From assembly GCA_032718475.1 (NCBI GenBank), contig JAUCBJ010007042.1:1-64000 (forward strand): DNA of 64,000 nucleotides, written 5' to 3'. How positions within the stretch are numbered: the stretch's first letter is position 1; every line of letters starts with the position of its first letter. Both the position numbers and the translations under genes were made by a program. The DNA comes from Nemertoderma westbladi. Lineage: Eukaryota > Animalia > Xenacoelomorpha. This document shows, piece after piece, positions 1-12,189 of the stretch. The notes beneath the pieces are model-generated. The model saw only the letters and a list, made by a program, of their open reading frames with translations, searched no databases and had not been told where the DNA came from.

Positions 1-3000
1 TGTTTTTAGGATGGCTCACAGCCGCCTACTACCTACGGATTCTCATTAAATCGCTTTGTTTTTAGGATGGCTCACAGCCGCCTACTACCTACGGATTCTC
101 ATTAAATCGCTTTGTTTTTAGGATGGCTCACAGCCGCCTACTACCTACGGATTCTCATTAAATCGCTTTGTTTTTAGGATGGCTCACAGCCGCCTACTAC
201 CTACGGATTCTCATTAAATCGCTTTGTTTTTAGGATGGCTCACAGCCGCCTACTACCTACGGATTCTCATTAAATCGCTTTGTTTTTAGGATGGCTCACA
301 GCCGCCTACTACCTACGGATTCTCATTAAATCGCTTTGTTTTTAGGATGGCTCACAGCCGCCTACTACCTACGGATTCTCATTAAATCGCTTTGTTTTTA
401 GGATGGCTCACAGCCGCCTACTACCTACGGATTCTCATTAAATCGCTTTGTTTTTAGGATGGCTCACAGCCGCCTACTACCTACGGATTCTCATTAAATC
501 GCTTTGTTTTTAGGATGGCTCACAGCCGCCTACTACCTACGGATTCTCATTAAATCGCTTTGTTTTTAGGATGGCTCACAGCCGCCTACTACCTACGGAT
601 TCTCATTAAATCGCTTTGTTTTTAGGATGGCTCACAGCCGCCTACTACCTACGGATTCTCATTAAATCGCTTTGTTTTTAGGATGGCTCACAGCCGCCTA
701 CTACCTACGGATTCTCATTAAATCGCTTTGTTTTTAGGATGGCTCACAGCCGCCTACTACCTACGGATTCTCATTAAATCGCTTTGTTTTTAGGATGGCT
801 CACAGCCGCCTACTACCTACGGATTCTCATTAAATCGCTTTGTTTTTAGGATGGCTCACAGCCGCCTACTACCTACGGATTCTCATTAAATCGCTTTGTT
901 TTTAGGATGGCTCACAGCCGCCTACTACCTACGGATTCTCATTAAATCGCTTTGTTTTTAGGATGGCTCACAGCCGCCTACTACCTACGGATTCTCATTA
1001 AATCGCTTTGTTTTTAGGATGGCTCACAGCCGCCTACTACCTACGGATTCTCATTAAATCGCTTTGTTTTTAGGATGGCTCACAGCCGCCTACTACCTAC
1101 GGATTCTCATTAAATCGCTTTGTTTTTAGGATGGCTCACAGCCGCCTACTACCTACGGATTCTCATTAAATCGCTTTGTTTTTAGGATGGCTCACAGCCG
1201 CCTACTACCTACGGATTCTCATTAAATCGCTTTGTTTTTAGGATGGCTCACAGCCGCCTACTACCTACGGATTCTCATTAAATCGCTTTGTTTTTAGGAT
1301 GGCTCACAGCCGCCTACTACCTACGGATTCTCATTAAATCGCTTTGTTTTTAGGATGGCTCACAGCCGCCTACTACCTACGGATTCTCATTAAATCGCTT
1401 TGTTTTTAGGATGGCTCACAGCCGCCTACTACCTACGGATTCTCATTAAATCGCTTTGTTTTTAGGATGGCTCACAGCCGCCTACTACCTACGGATTCTC
1501 ATTAAATCGCTTTGTTTTTAGGATGGCTCACAGCCGCCTACTACCTACGGATTCTCATTAAATCGCTTTGTTTTTAGGATGGCTCACAGCCGCCTACTAC
1601 CTACGGATTCTCATTAAATCGCTTTGTTTTTAGGATGGCTCACAGCCGCCTACTACCTACGGATTCTCATTAAATCGCTTTGTTTTTAGGATGGCTCACA
1701 GCCGCCTACTACCTACGGATTCTCATTAAATCGCTTTGTTTTTAGGATGGCTCACAGCCGCCTACTACCTACGGATTCTCATTAAATCGCTTTGTTTTTA
1801 GGATGGCTCACAGCCGCCTACTACCTACGGATTCTCATTAAATCGCTTTGTTTTTAGGATGGCTCACAGCCGCCTACTACCTACGGATTCTCATTAAATC
1901 GCTTTGTTTTTAGGATGGCTCACAGCCGCCTACTACCTACGGATTCTCATTAAATCGCTTTGTTTTTAGGATGGCTCACAGCCGCCTACTACCTACGGAT
2001 TCTCATTAAATCGCTTTGTTTTTAGGATGGCTCACAGCCGCCTACTACCTACGGATTCTCATTAAATCGCTTTGTTTTTAGGATGGCTCACAGCCGCCTA
2101 CTACCTACGGATTCTCATTAAATCGCTTTGTTTTTAGGATGGCTCACAGCCGCCTACTACCTACGGATTCTCATTAAATCGCTTTGTTTTTAGGATGGCT
2201 CACAGCCGCCTACTACCTACGGATTCTCATTAAATCGCTTTGTTTTTAGGATGGCTCACAGCCGCCTACTACCTACGGATTCTCATTAAATCGCTTTGTT
2301 TTTAGGATGGCTCACAGCCGCCTACTACCTACGGATTCTCATTAAATCGCTTTGTTTTTAGGATGGCTCACAGCCGCCTACTACCTACGGATTCTCATTA
2401 AATCGCTTTGTTTTTAGGATGGCTCACAGCCGCCTACTACCTACGGATTCTCATTAAATCGCTTTGTTTTTAGGATGGCTCACAGCCGCCTACTACCTAC
2501 GGATTCTCATTAAATCGCTTTGTTTTTAGGATGGCTCACAGCCGCCTACTACCTACGGATTCTCATTAAATCGCTTTGTTTTTAGGATGGCTCACAGCCG
2601 CCTACTACCTACGGATTCTCATTAAATCGCTTTGTTTTTAGGATGGCTCACAGCCGCCTACTACCTACGGATTCTCATTAAATCGCTTTGTTTTTAGGAT
2701 GGCTCACAGCCGCCTACTACCTACGGATTCTCATTAAATCGCTTTGTTTTTAGGATGGCTCACAGCCGCCTACTACCTACGGATTCTCATTAAATCGCTT
2801 TGTTTTTAGGATGGCTCACAGCCGCCTACTACCTACGGATTCTCATTAAATCGCTTTGTTTTTAGGATGGCTCACAGCCGCCTACTACCTACGGATTCTC
2901 ATTAAATCGCTTTGTTTTTAGGATGGCTCACAGCCGCCTACTACCTACGGATTCTCATTAAATCGCTTTGTTTTTAGGATGGCTCACAGCCGCCTACTAC

Positions 3001-4545
3001 CTACGGATTCTCATTAAATCGCTTTGTTTTTAGGATGGCTCACAGCCGCCTACTACCTACGGATTCTCATTAAATCGCTTTGTTTTTAGGATGGCTCACA
3101 GCCGCCTACTACCTACGGATTCTCATTAAATCGCTTTGTTTTTAGGATGGCTCACAGCCGCCTACTACCTACGGATTCTCATTAAATCGCTTTGTTTTTA
3201 GGATGGCTCACAGCCGCCTACTACCTACGGATTCTCATTAAATCGCTTTGTTTTTAGGATGGCTCACAGCCGCCTACTACCTACGGATTCTCATTAAATC
3301 GCTTTGTTTTTAGGATGGCTCACAGCCGCCTACTACCTACGGATTCTCATTAAATCGCTTTGTTTTTAGGATGGCTCACAGCCGCCTACTACCTACGGAT
3401 TCTCATTAAATCGCTTTGTTTTTAGGATGGCTCACAGCCGCCTACTACCTACGGATTCTCATTAAATCGCTTTGTTTTTAGGATGGCTCACAGCCGCCTA
3501 CTACCTACGGATTCTCATTAAATCGCTTTGTTTTTAGGATGGCTCACAGCCGCCTACTACCTACGGATTCTCATTAAATCGCTTTGTTTTTAGGATGGCT
3601 CACAGCCGCCTACTACCTACGGATTCTCATTAAATCGCTTTGTTTTTAGGATGGCTCACAGCCGCCTACTACCTACGGATTCTCATTAAATCGCTTTGTT
3701 TTTAGGATGGCTCACAGCCGCCTACTACCTACGGATTCTCATTAAATCGCTTTGTTTTTAGGATGGCTCACAGCCGCCTACTACCTACGGATTCTCATTA
3801 AATCGCTTTGTTTTTAGGATGGCTCACAGCCGCCTACTACCTACGGATTCTCATTAAATCGCTTTGTTTTTAGGATGGCTCACAGCCGCCTACTACCTAC
3901 GGATTCTCATTAAATCGCTTTGTTTTTAGGATGGCTCACAGCCGCCTACTACCTACGGATTCTCATTAAATCGCTTTGTTTTTAGGATGGCTCACAGCCG
4001 CCTACTACCTACGGATTCTCATTAAATCGCTTTGTTTTTAGGATGGCTCACAGCCGCCTACTACCTACGGATTCTCATTAAATCGCTTTGTTTTTAGGAT
4101 GGCTCACAGCCGCCTACTACCTACGGATTCTCATTAAATCGCTTTGTTTTTAGGATGGCTCACAGCCGCCTACTACCTACGGATTCTCATTAAATCGCTT
4201 TGTTTTTAGGATGGCTCACAGCCGCCTACTACCTACGGATTCTCATTAAATCGCTTTGTTTTTAGGATGGCTCACAGCCGCCTACTACCTACGGATTCTC
4301 ATTAAATCGCTTTGTTTTTAGGATGGCTCACAGCCGCCTACTACCTACGGATTCTCATTAAATCGCTTTGTTTTTAGGATGGCTCACAGCCGCCTACTAC
4401 CTACGGATTCTCATTAAATCGCTTTGTTTTTAGGATGGCTCACAGCCGCCTACTACCTACGGATTCTCATTAAATCGCTTTGTTTTTAGGATGGCTCACA
4501 GCCGCCTACTACCTACGGATTCTCATTAAATCGCTTTGTTTTTAG
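1..4545 (+). repeat. 56-bp tandem array (~81 copies, runs off the window start) made of a 3' splice site plus the first ~33 nt of the following CCP110 exon
   Basis: Unit tgtttttag|gatggctcacagccgcctactacctacggattctcattaaatcgctt, period 56, no variant copies seen. The last copy continues into unique coding sequence (gatggctcgcagccgccaaccacctctggattc...). Confidence 0.97.
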
Positions 4546-4800
4546 GATGGCTCGCAGCCGCCAACCACCTCTGGATTCCCACAACAATCTCCCGGCGGCT
4601 TCTACAACCCAGTATCCACCGTATACCAGCAGCACCTGTCTGCCGCTGGTGGGTACCAGTCTGACGATGGAACAGTGGGTTACGGGTCTATAGGCGGCTT
4701 GAATAGACAGTTCGCATCCACGCCACATCTATCCACCACACCTTACGCTACGCTAGACGACGACGACGTGGAAGTTGTTCATTTGGAAATTGATCCTGAG
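4546..4800 (+). CDS. CCP110: CCP110-like, internal exon (DGSQPPTTSGF...HLEIDPE), low-complexity region
   Basis: ttttag acceptor at 4544-4545 and GTTAGT donor at 4801. 255 nt open, phase 0/0, splices in frame to the next exon. The peptide itself is not conserved enough to recognise. Confidence 0.75.
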
Positions 4801-4930
4801 GTTAGTGAACCATTAATGGAGAATCACTGCGGTCATGAAACCACTACTGGGGGGGGGGGGGGGGGGGGGGGGGCGGACGTCTGTCCCCAAAAGATCGTTG
4901 TTTTTCTAATTTCAATCATTATTATTTTAG

Positions 4931-5152
4931 GTAGCCCAAGATCCAGAGATAAACGGGTTGGTTTCGAAAGCGCAAGCCCAAATTCGAGGTTACCTTGTAA
5001 GGAGGTTACTGAAGAGCGAACGGATTGTAACATTGATACAGACGATTAAAGATACCAAAGAATTCGTTCTTAACTTTACACCTGATTTCGATTTAAGTAC
5101 AAGTGCCGAAACCACAGGTGATGAAGATCTACAGGCCAGGGCTGTAGCGCAG
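4931..5152 (+). CDS. CCP110: CCP110-like exon with IQ-like calmodulin-binding motif (AQAQIRGYLVRRLLKSERIVTLIQTIKDTKEF...DEDLQARAVAQ)
   Basis: attttag acceptor, CAG|GTGAGT donor, 222 nt. Matches the recalled CP110 C-terminal block ([27 protein letters not shown]...DASLQERVLAQ). Confidence 0.9.
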
Positions 5153-8100
5153 GTGAGTGGAGTAGGTATCGTGGTAGGGAGGTCTACCACAACAGAGCTG
5201 TTGAACAGCTCAGGTGAGTAGAGTTGGTACCGTGGTAGGGAGGTCTACCACAACAGAGCTGTTGTACAGCTCAGGTGAGTAGAGTTGGTACTCGTGGTAG
5301 GGAGGTCTACCACGACAGAGCTGTTGTAGCTCAAGTGAGTAGAGTAGGTACCGTGGTAGGGAGGTCTACCACAACAGAGCTGTTGTACAGCTCAGGTGAG
5401 TAGAGTTGGTACTGTGGTAGGGAGGTCTACCACGACAGAGCTGTTGTAGCTCAAGTGAGTAGAGTAGGTACTGTGGTAGGGAGGTCTACCACGACAGAGC
5501 TGTTGTAGCTCAAGTGAGTAGAGTAGGTACCGTGGTAGGGAGGTCTACCACGACAGAGCTGTTGTAGCTCAGGTGAGTAGAGTTGGTACCGTGGTAGGGA
5601 GGTCTACCACGACAGAGCTGTTGTAGCTCACGTGAGTAGAGTAGGTACCGTGGTAGGGAGGTCTACCACAACAGAGCTGTTGTAGCTCAGGTGAGTAGAG
5701 TAGGTACCGTGGTAGGGAGGTCTACCACGACAGAGCTGTTGTAGCTCAGGTGAGTAGAGTAGGTACCGTGGTAGGGAGGTCTACCACGACAGAGCTGTTG
5801 TAGCTCAGGTGAGTAGAGTAGGTACCGTGGTAGGGAGGTCTACCACGACAGAGCTGTTGTAGCTCAGGTGAGTAGAGTAGGTACCGTGGTAGGGAGGTCT
5901 ACCACGACAGAGCTGTTGTAGCTCAGGTGAGTAGAGTAGGTACCGTGGTAGGGAGGTCTACCACGACAGAGCTGTTGTAGCTCAGGTGAGTAGAGTAGGT
6001 ACCGTGGTAGGGAGGTCTACCACGACAGAGCTGTTGTAGCTCAGGTGAGTAGAGTAGGTACCGTGGTAGGGAGGTCTACCACGACAGAGCTGTTGTAGCT
6101 CAGGTGAGTAGAGTAGGTACCGTGGTAGGGAGGTCTACCACGACAGAGCTGTTGTAGCTCAGGTGAGTAGAGTAGGTACCGTGGTAGGGAGGTCTACCAC
6201 GACAGAGCTGTTGTAGCTCAGGTGAGTAGAGTAGGTACCGTGGTAGGGAGGTCTACCACGACAGAGCTGTTGTAGCTCAAGTGAGTAGAGTAGGTACCGT
6301 GGTAGGGAGGTCTACCACGACAGAGCTGTTGTAGCTCAGGTGAGTAGAGTAGGTACCGTGGTAGGGAGGTCTACCACGACAGAGCTGTTGTAGCTCAAGT
6401 GAGTAGAGTAGGTACCGTGGTAGGGAGGTCTACCACGACAGAGCTGTTGTAGCTCAGGTGAGTAGAGTAGGTACCGTGGTAGGGAGGTCTACCACAACAG
6501 AGCTGTTGTAGCTCAAGTGAGTAGAGTAGGTACCGTGGTAGGGAGGTCTACCACGACAGAGCTGTTGTAGCTCAGGTGAGTAGAGTAGGTACCGTGGTAG
6601 GGAGGTCTACCACGACAGAGCTGTTGTAGCTCAGGCGAGTAGAGTAGGTACCGTGGTAGGGAGGTCTACCACGACAGAGCTGTTGTAGCTCAGGCGAGTA
6701 GAGTAGGTACCGTGGTAGGGAGGTCTACCACGACAGAGCTGTTGTAGCTCAGGTGAGTAGAGTAGGTACCGTGGTAGGGAGGTCTACCACAACAGAGCTG
6801 TTGTAGCTCAGGTGAGTAGAGTAGGTACCGTGGTAGGGAGGTCTACCACAACAGAGCTGTTGTAGCTCAAGTGAGTAGAGTAGGTACTGTGGTAGGGAGG
6901 TCTACCACGACAGAGCTGTTGTAGCTCAGGTGAGTAGAGTAGGTACCGTGGTAGGGAGGTCTACCACGACAGAGCTGTTGTAGCTCAGGCGAGTAGAGTA
7001 GGTACCGTGGTAGGGAGGTCTACCACGACAGAGCTGTTGTAGCTCAGGTGAGTAGAGTAGGTACCGTGGTAGGGAGGTCTACCACGACAGAGCTGTTGTA
7101 GCTCAGGTGAGTAGAGTAGGTACCGTGGTAGGGAGGTCTACCACGACAGAGCTGTTGTAGCTCAAGTGAGTAGAGTAGGTACCGTGGTAGGGAGGTCTAC
7201 CACGACAGAGCTGTTGTAGCTCAGGTGAGTAGAGTAGGTACCGTGGTAGGGAGGTCTACCACGACAGCTGTTGTACTACAAGTGAGTAGAGTAGGTACCG
7301 TGGTAAGGAGGTCTACCACAACAGAGCTGTTGTAGCTCAGGTGAGTAGAGTAGGTACCGTGGTAGGGAGGTCTACCACAACAGAGCTGTTGTAGCTCAAG
7401 TGAGTAGAGTAGGTACCGTGGTAGGGAGGTCTACCACGACAGAGCTGTTGTAGCTCAGGTGAGTAGAGTAGGTACCGTGGTAGGGAGGTCTACCACGACA
7501 GAGCTGTTATAGCTCAGGCGAGTAGAGTAGGTACCGTGGTAGGGAGGTCTACCACGACAGAGCTGTTGTAGCTCAGGTGAGTAGAGTAGGTACCGTGGTA
7601 GGGAGGTCTACCACGACAGAGCTGTTGTAGCTCAGGTGAGTAGAGTAGGTACCGTGGTAGGGAATTCTACCACGACAGAGCTGTTGTAGCTCAAGTGAGT
7701 AGAGTAGGTACTGTGGTAGGGAGGTCTACCACGACAGAGCTGTTGTAGCTCAGGTGAGTAGAGTAGGTACCGTGGTAGGGAGGTCTACCACGACAGAGCT
7801 GTTGTAGCTCAAGTGAGTAGAGTAGGTACCGTGGTAGGGAGGTCTACCACGACAGAGCTGTTATAGCTCAGGCGAGTAGAGTAGGTACCGTGGTAGGGAG
7901 GTCTACCACGACAGAGCTGTTGTAGCTCAAGTGAGTAGAGTAGGTACCGTGGTAGGGAGGTCTACCACGACAGAGCTGTTGTAGCTCAGGTGAGTAGAGT
8001 AGGTACCGTGGTAGGGAGGTCTACCACGACAGAGCTGTTGTAGCTCAGGTGAGTAGGTACCGTGGTAGGGAGGTCTACCACAACAGAGCTGTTGTAGCTC

Positions 8101-8676
8101 AGTGAGTAGAGTAGGTACCGTGGTAGGGAGGTCTACCACGAACAGAGCTGTTGTAGCTCAGGTGAGTAGAGTAGGTACCGTGGTAGGGAGGTCTACCACG
8201 ACAGAGCTGTTGTAGCTCAAGTGAGTAGAGTAGGTACCGTGGTAGGGAGGTCTACCACGACAGAGCTGTTGTAGCTCAGGTGAGTAGAGTAGGTACCGTG
8301 GTAGGGAGGTCTACCACAACAGAGCTGTTGTAGCTCAAGTGAGTAGAGTAGGTACCGTGGTAGGGAGGTCTACCACGACAGAGCTGTTGTAGCTCAAGTG
8401 AGTAGAGTAGGTACCGTGGTAGGGAGGTCTACCACGACAGAGCTGTTGTAGCTCAGGTGAGTAGAGTAGGTACTGTGGTAGGGAGGTATACCACGACAGA
8501 GCTGTTGTAGCTCAAGTGAGTAGAGTAGGTACCGTGGTAGGGAGGTCTACCACGACAGCTGTTGTAGATCAGGCGAGTAGAGTAGGTACCGTGGTAGGGA
8601 GGTATACCACGACAGAGCTGTTATAGCTCAGGTGATTAGAGTAGGTACCGTGGTAGGGAGGTCTACCACAACAGAG
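5141..8676 (+). repeat. 59-bp tandem array (~60 copies) containing an exon end plus 5' splice site (gctcag|gtgagt)
   Basis: Unit gtgagtagagtaggtaccgtggtagggaggtctaccacgacagagctgttgtagctcag. The first copy is the real donor gctgtagcgcag|gtgagt at 5152/5153. Confidence 0.96.
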
Positions 8677-8867
8677 GTGTAAGTTATCCTAGCTGAATCA
8701 CTGTTACACAGTGTATCACGGTACTTTATTGCCGGGATTATTAAGTATTTCTCTGGGACTCACAGTAAAATTTAAAAAGTTATCTTTAATTCTGAAACTT
8801 CCAAAAGGCAATTTTGAAAATTTTAGAATCTGTATTTACAGGTAAATAATGCTTGTTTTTATTTTAG

Positions 8868-8987
8868 TTGAGGTCGTCTCTACAGGAAGTTCACGATATT
8901 TTCTTCGCGTGGCCAATCGGCCGTCGGTTGGCGTTGGTATCTCAATCTAGGGCGCTGCTTAAAGGCAGAGAGGAGCGCGCCAATAAG
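8868..8987 (+). CDS. CCP110: CCP110-like exon (LRSSLQEVHDIFFAWPIGRRLALVSQSRALLKGREERANK)
   Basis: ttttattttag acceptor, AAG|GTAGGT donor, 120 nt, phase 0. Continues the CP110 block (LRAALYGIHDIFF...). Confidence 0.9.
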
Positions 8988-9025
8988 GTAGGTTTCTTAC
9001 CGCAGTGTGTACGCAGGGCGGGCCA

Positions 9026-9190
9026 TTAACCCTATTTCGCCGGGGGGAGGGGGGGGGGGGGGGGATTTAGGAATTGTACCATCAAAATTGTAATTTTTGA
9101 GCGAAAATCTACAAAATTTCTAAAATGAACCCCCCCCCCCCCCCCCCCGGGCCAATTACGTAGTAAAATAGCTCGGGCCAGATGGGCTAA
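9026..9190. mobile_element. Possible decayed piggyBac-like MITE in a CCP110 intron
   Basis: Starts TTAA-CCCTAT and ends ATGGG-CTAA, with internal poly-G and poly-C arms in inverted arrangement. Confidence 0.4.
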
Positions 9191-9276
9191 GATAGATTTG
9201 GTACCGTATTGATTACGAAGAACAGCGGGTCACCGCATCACTATGTTGGTTCAGTTTATATTATTTATTTTTTAAG

Positions 9277-9359
9277 GTAAAGGCCAATTTGGCTGCGAAA
9301 AAAAAAGATGGGGTATCTGAAGCCACTAGGAGAGTAATGGAAAGGAAAAAACAGACCTC
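9277..9359 (+). CDS. CCP110: CCP110-like exon (VKANLAAKKKDGVSEATRRVMERKKQT)
   Basis: Poly-T then AAG acceptor, GTAAGT donor at 9360, phase 0/2. SEATRRVMERKK resembles the recalled CP110 SAATQKSLDRKK. Confidence 0.8.
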
Positions 9360-10034
9360 GTAAGTATAAAAACTGAAAAGTGTTATAGTCCCCTGGAACA
9401 GTTGTAGGTGGTAATGGAGGGGGGGGGGGGGGGGGGGTTGTTGGAATGCAGGACATTCTGTAATGGGGTGAACAGGACAATAACCCAATTTAGGGCGAGT
9501 TTTATTCGACTGGAATTAAATTAGATCGCATGGGTTCGATGTGAAGTTCCATATAGTAACTGATCTGGAACACCTGAACGGAAATGTTCTGCAGGTGCTG
9601 ATTTTTTTATCAGTCTACTGAACTTAGCCGGTTAAATTACCAACTTTCTTGTTTGTATGATAATTGAACAACTGCAATAAGTTACATGACGTAGCGAATG
9701 TGGCTTAATCATTTTTATACGTCCTGGAATATAGATTAGGTACCCCCCCCCCCCCCCCCCCCCCTTCCCACATTGGTGATGAAACCCTCGGGAGAGATCA
9801 CTATTTATAGTCAACAAGGAATATTATCATTATATTTGGTTCACCCGCCCTGCAAAGGGGAATGGAGTGGGAAGAGTTGTTGCAAACAGATAACGATTTA
9901 GTAATGGATTCGCCGAATCTCGAATAGGATTTGGCATTAACGTACCCGTACTAACAGTTTATTTACTAACCAAACCATCCAACTTGTATTAACACTAACA
10001 ATATTCTGTTTGCTTTCTTTTCCACTGTTCTTAG

Positions 10035-10403
10035 TAATGGCCGCCCCTTAACATCTCCATGTTTACAACAACAACAACGCCCATCAAATAATCGTTCTGA
10101 CAACGTAAAGCGTTCCCGTGGACACGAAACTACAGCATCGAAACTAACCAATGAGCGACTGGCCCTCCATAACGGTAAACAACCAAGTGACCCGGTTGTT
10201 GGTAATTCAAAGGTGATCAAGCGACCGAATAACTACAATGATTTTAAACCAATCAGGGCGAAGTCAGTTGGTTTGAATGGTCTGTCTTCTGGTAGTAGTA
10301 GCGGCATACCGATAGCCGGTAGACCCAGGGCAATGGAGAGGTCATCATCAGTAAACGTTAAGCCCGATATATCTTCCTCTCCAATACACTCGAATTCATT
10401 GAG
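10035..10403 (+). CDS. CCP110: CCP110-like exon, S/K/R-rich tail (NGRPLTSPCLQ...IHSNSL)
   Basis: Polypyrimidine tract plus TAG acceptor at 10033-10034. Phase 2 fits the previous exon, 369 nt open, AG|GTTAGT donor at 10404. Alternatively it reads on to TAG at 10434. Confidence 0.7.
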
Positions 10404-10637
10404 GTTAGTTGTTACTGGTACTGCAGGACTCTAGGGACTTTAGCTATTATAGCTAAAGTTGTTGCGGAAAGCCAACATAATGTGGACAATCTGAACATCA
10501 ATCACCCTGCAGGAACAACCCGACTTGTACAAGATATTGATTAGTCACATCTATCTGGTATCAACAATAAATACAACCAATTGAATATGTTCACTAGATT
10601 GGCAAGGATGCAGACTGGAGAATGTTGGCTATCTGAT

Positions 10638-11758
10638 AGTGTAACTACGTAGGCCTCCGACAGGGAGGTGTCAGTGGTGCTGGTATTGTTTCCACGAGTG
10701 TAACTATGTAGGCCTCCGACAGGGAGGTGTCAGTGGTGCTGGTATTGTTTCCACGAGTGTAACTATGTAGGCCTCCGACAGGGAGGTGTCAGTGGTGCTG
10801 GTATTGTTTCCACGAGTGTAACTATGTAGGCCTCCGACAGGGAGGTGTCAGTGGTGCTGGTATTGTTTCCACGAGTGTAACTACGTAGGCCTCCGACAGG
10901 GAGGTGTCAGTGGTGCTGGTATTGTTTCCACGAGTGTAACTATGTAGGCCTCCGACAGGGAGGTGTCAGTGGTGCTGGTATTGTTTCCACGAGTGTAACT
11001 ATGTAGGCCTCCGACAGGGAGGTGTCAGTGGGGCTGGTATTGTTTCCACGAGTGTAACTATGTAGGCCTCCGACAGGGAGGTGTCAGTGGTGCTGGTATT
11101 GTTTCCACGAGTGTAACTATGTAGGCCTCCGACAGGGAGGTGTCAGTGGTGCTGGTATTGTTTCCACGAGTGTAACTATGTAGGCCTCCGACAGGGAGGT
11201 GTCAGTGGTGCTGGTATTGTTTCCACGAGTGTAACTACGTAGGCCTCCGACAGGGAGGTGTCAGTGGTGCTGGTATTGTTTCCACGAGTGTAACTATGTA
11301 GGCCTCCGACAGGGAGGTGTCAGTGGTGCTGGTATTGTTTCCACGAGTGTAACTATGTAGGCCTCCGACAGGGAGGTGTCAGTGGTGCTGGTATTGTTTC
11401 CACGAGTGTAACTACGTAGGCCTCCGACAGGGAGGTGTCAGTGGTGCTGGTATTGTTTCCACGAGTGTAACTATGTAGGCCTCCGACAGGGAGGTGTCAG
11501 TGGTGCTGGTATTGTTTCCACGAGTGTAACTACGTAGGCCTCCGACAGGGAGGTGTCAGTGGTGCTGGTATTGTTTCCACGAGTGTAACTATGTAGGCCT
11601 CCGACAGGGAGGTGTCAGTGGTGCTGGTATTGTTTCCACGAGTGTAACTATGTAGGCCTCCGACAGGGAGGTGTCAGTGGTGCTGGTATTGTTTCCACGA
11701 GTGTAACTACGCAGGCCTCCGACAGGGAGGTGTCAGTGGTGCTGGTATTGTTTCCACG
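10638..11758. repeat. 59-bp intronic tandem array, 19 copies
   Basis: Unit agtgtaactatgtaggcctccgacagggaggtgtcagtggtgctggtattgtttccacg, near identical copies, internal hairpin cctcc-gacag-ggagg. Confidence 0.96.
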
Positions 11759-12122
11759 TTTGCATAATGTACTCCAATAGAAGTGATATAAATACTAACA
11801 CTCGCTTCCGTTTTTACATTGTTGGGACCTCGTCCGTTTATAAATTTACTTAAGCCAGATAATAGTGATTCATCTGCCTTCGCTTACTATTATGTGTCTA
11901 ATGTTCTAGCGAGAAATATAATTTCTGTCTGGGATGATTGATACTTTATAAACAGTGTGTGTGTAGGACTTACTAAACAGTATCGATGAATATTATAAAC
12001 TATAATATGGCAATTCATCGAATTAATAACAATTTAAGATTGTATCGTTTTATTGAATAAAGTTATTATTTGTATTACTTTATTTACATTATTATTTTAC
12101 CTCTATTTTAATTACTTTACAG

Positions 12123-12189
12123 GTCAACGTCTTCCTTCAAGGGATCAAAGACCCGACCAAAATCCAGCAACGATTCGCTCCATAAGTGA
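12123..12189 (+). CDS. CCP110: Probable terminal coding exon of the CCP110-like gene (STSSFKGSKTRPKSSNDSLHK*)
   Basis: ttactttacag acceptor, phase 2 compatible, TGA at 12187-12189, AATAAA at 12522-12527. Confidence 0.55.
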
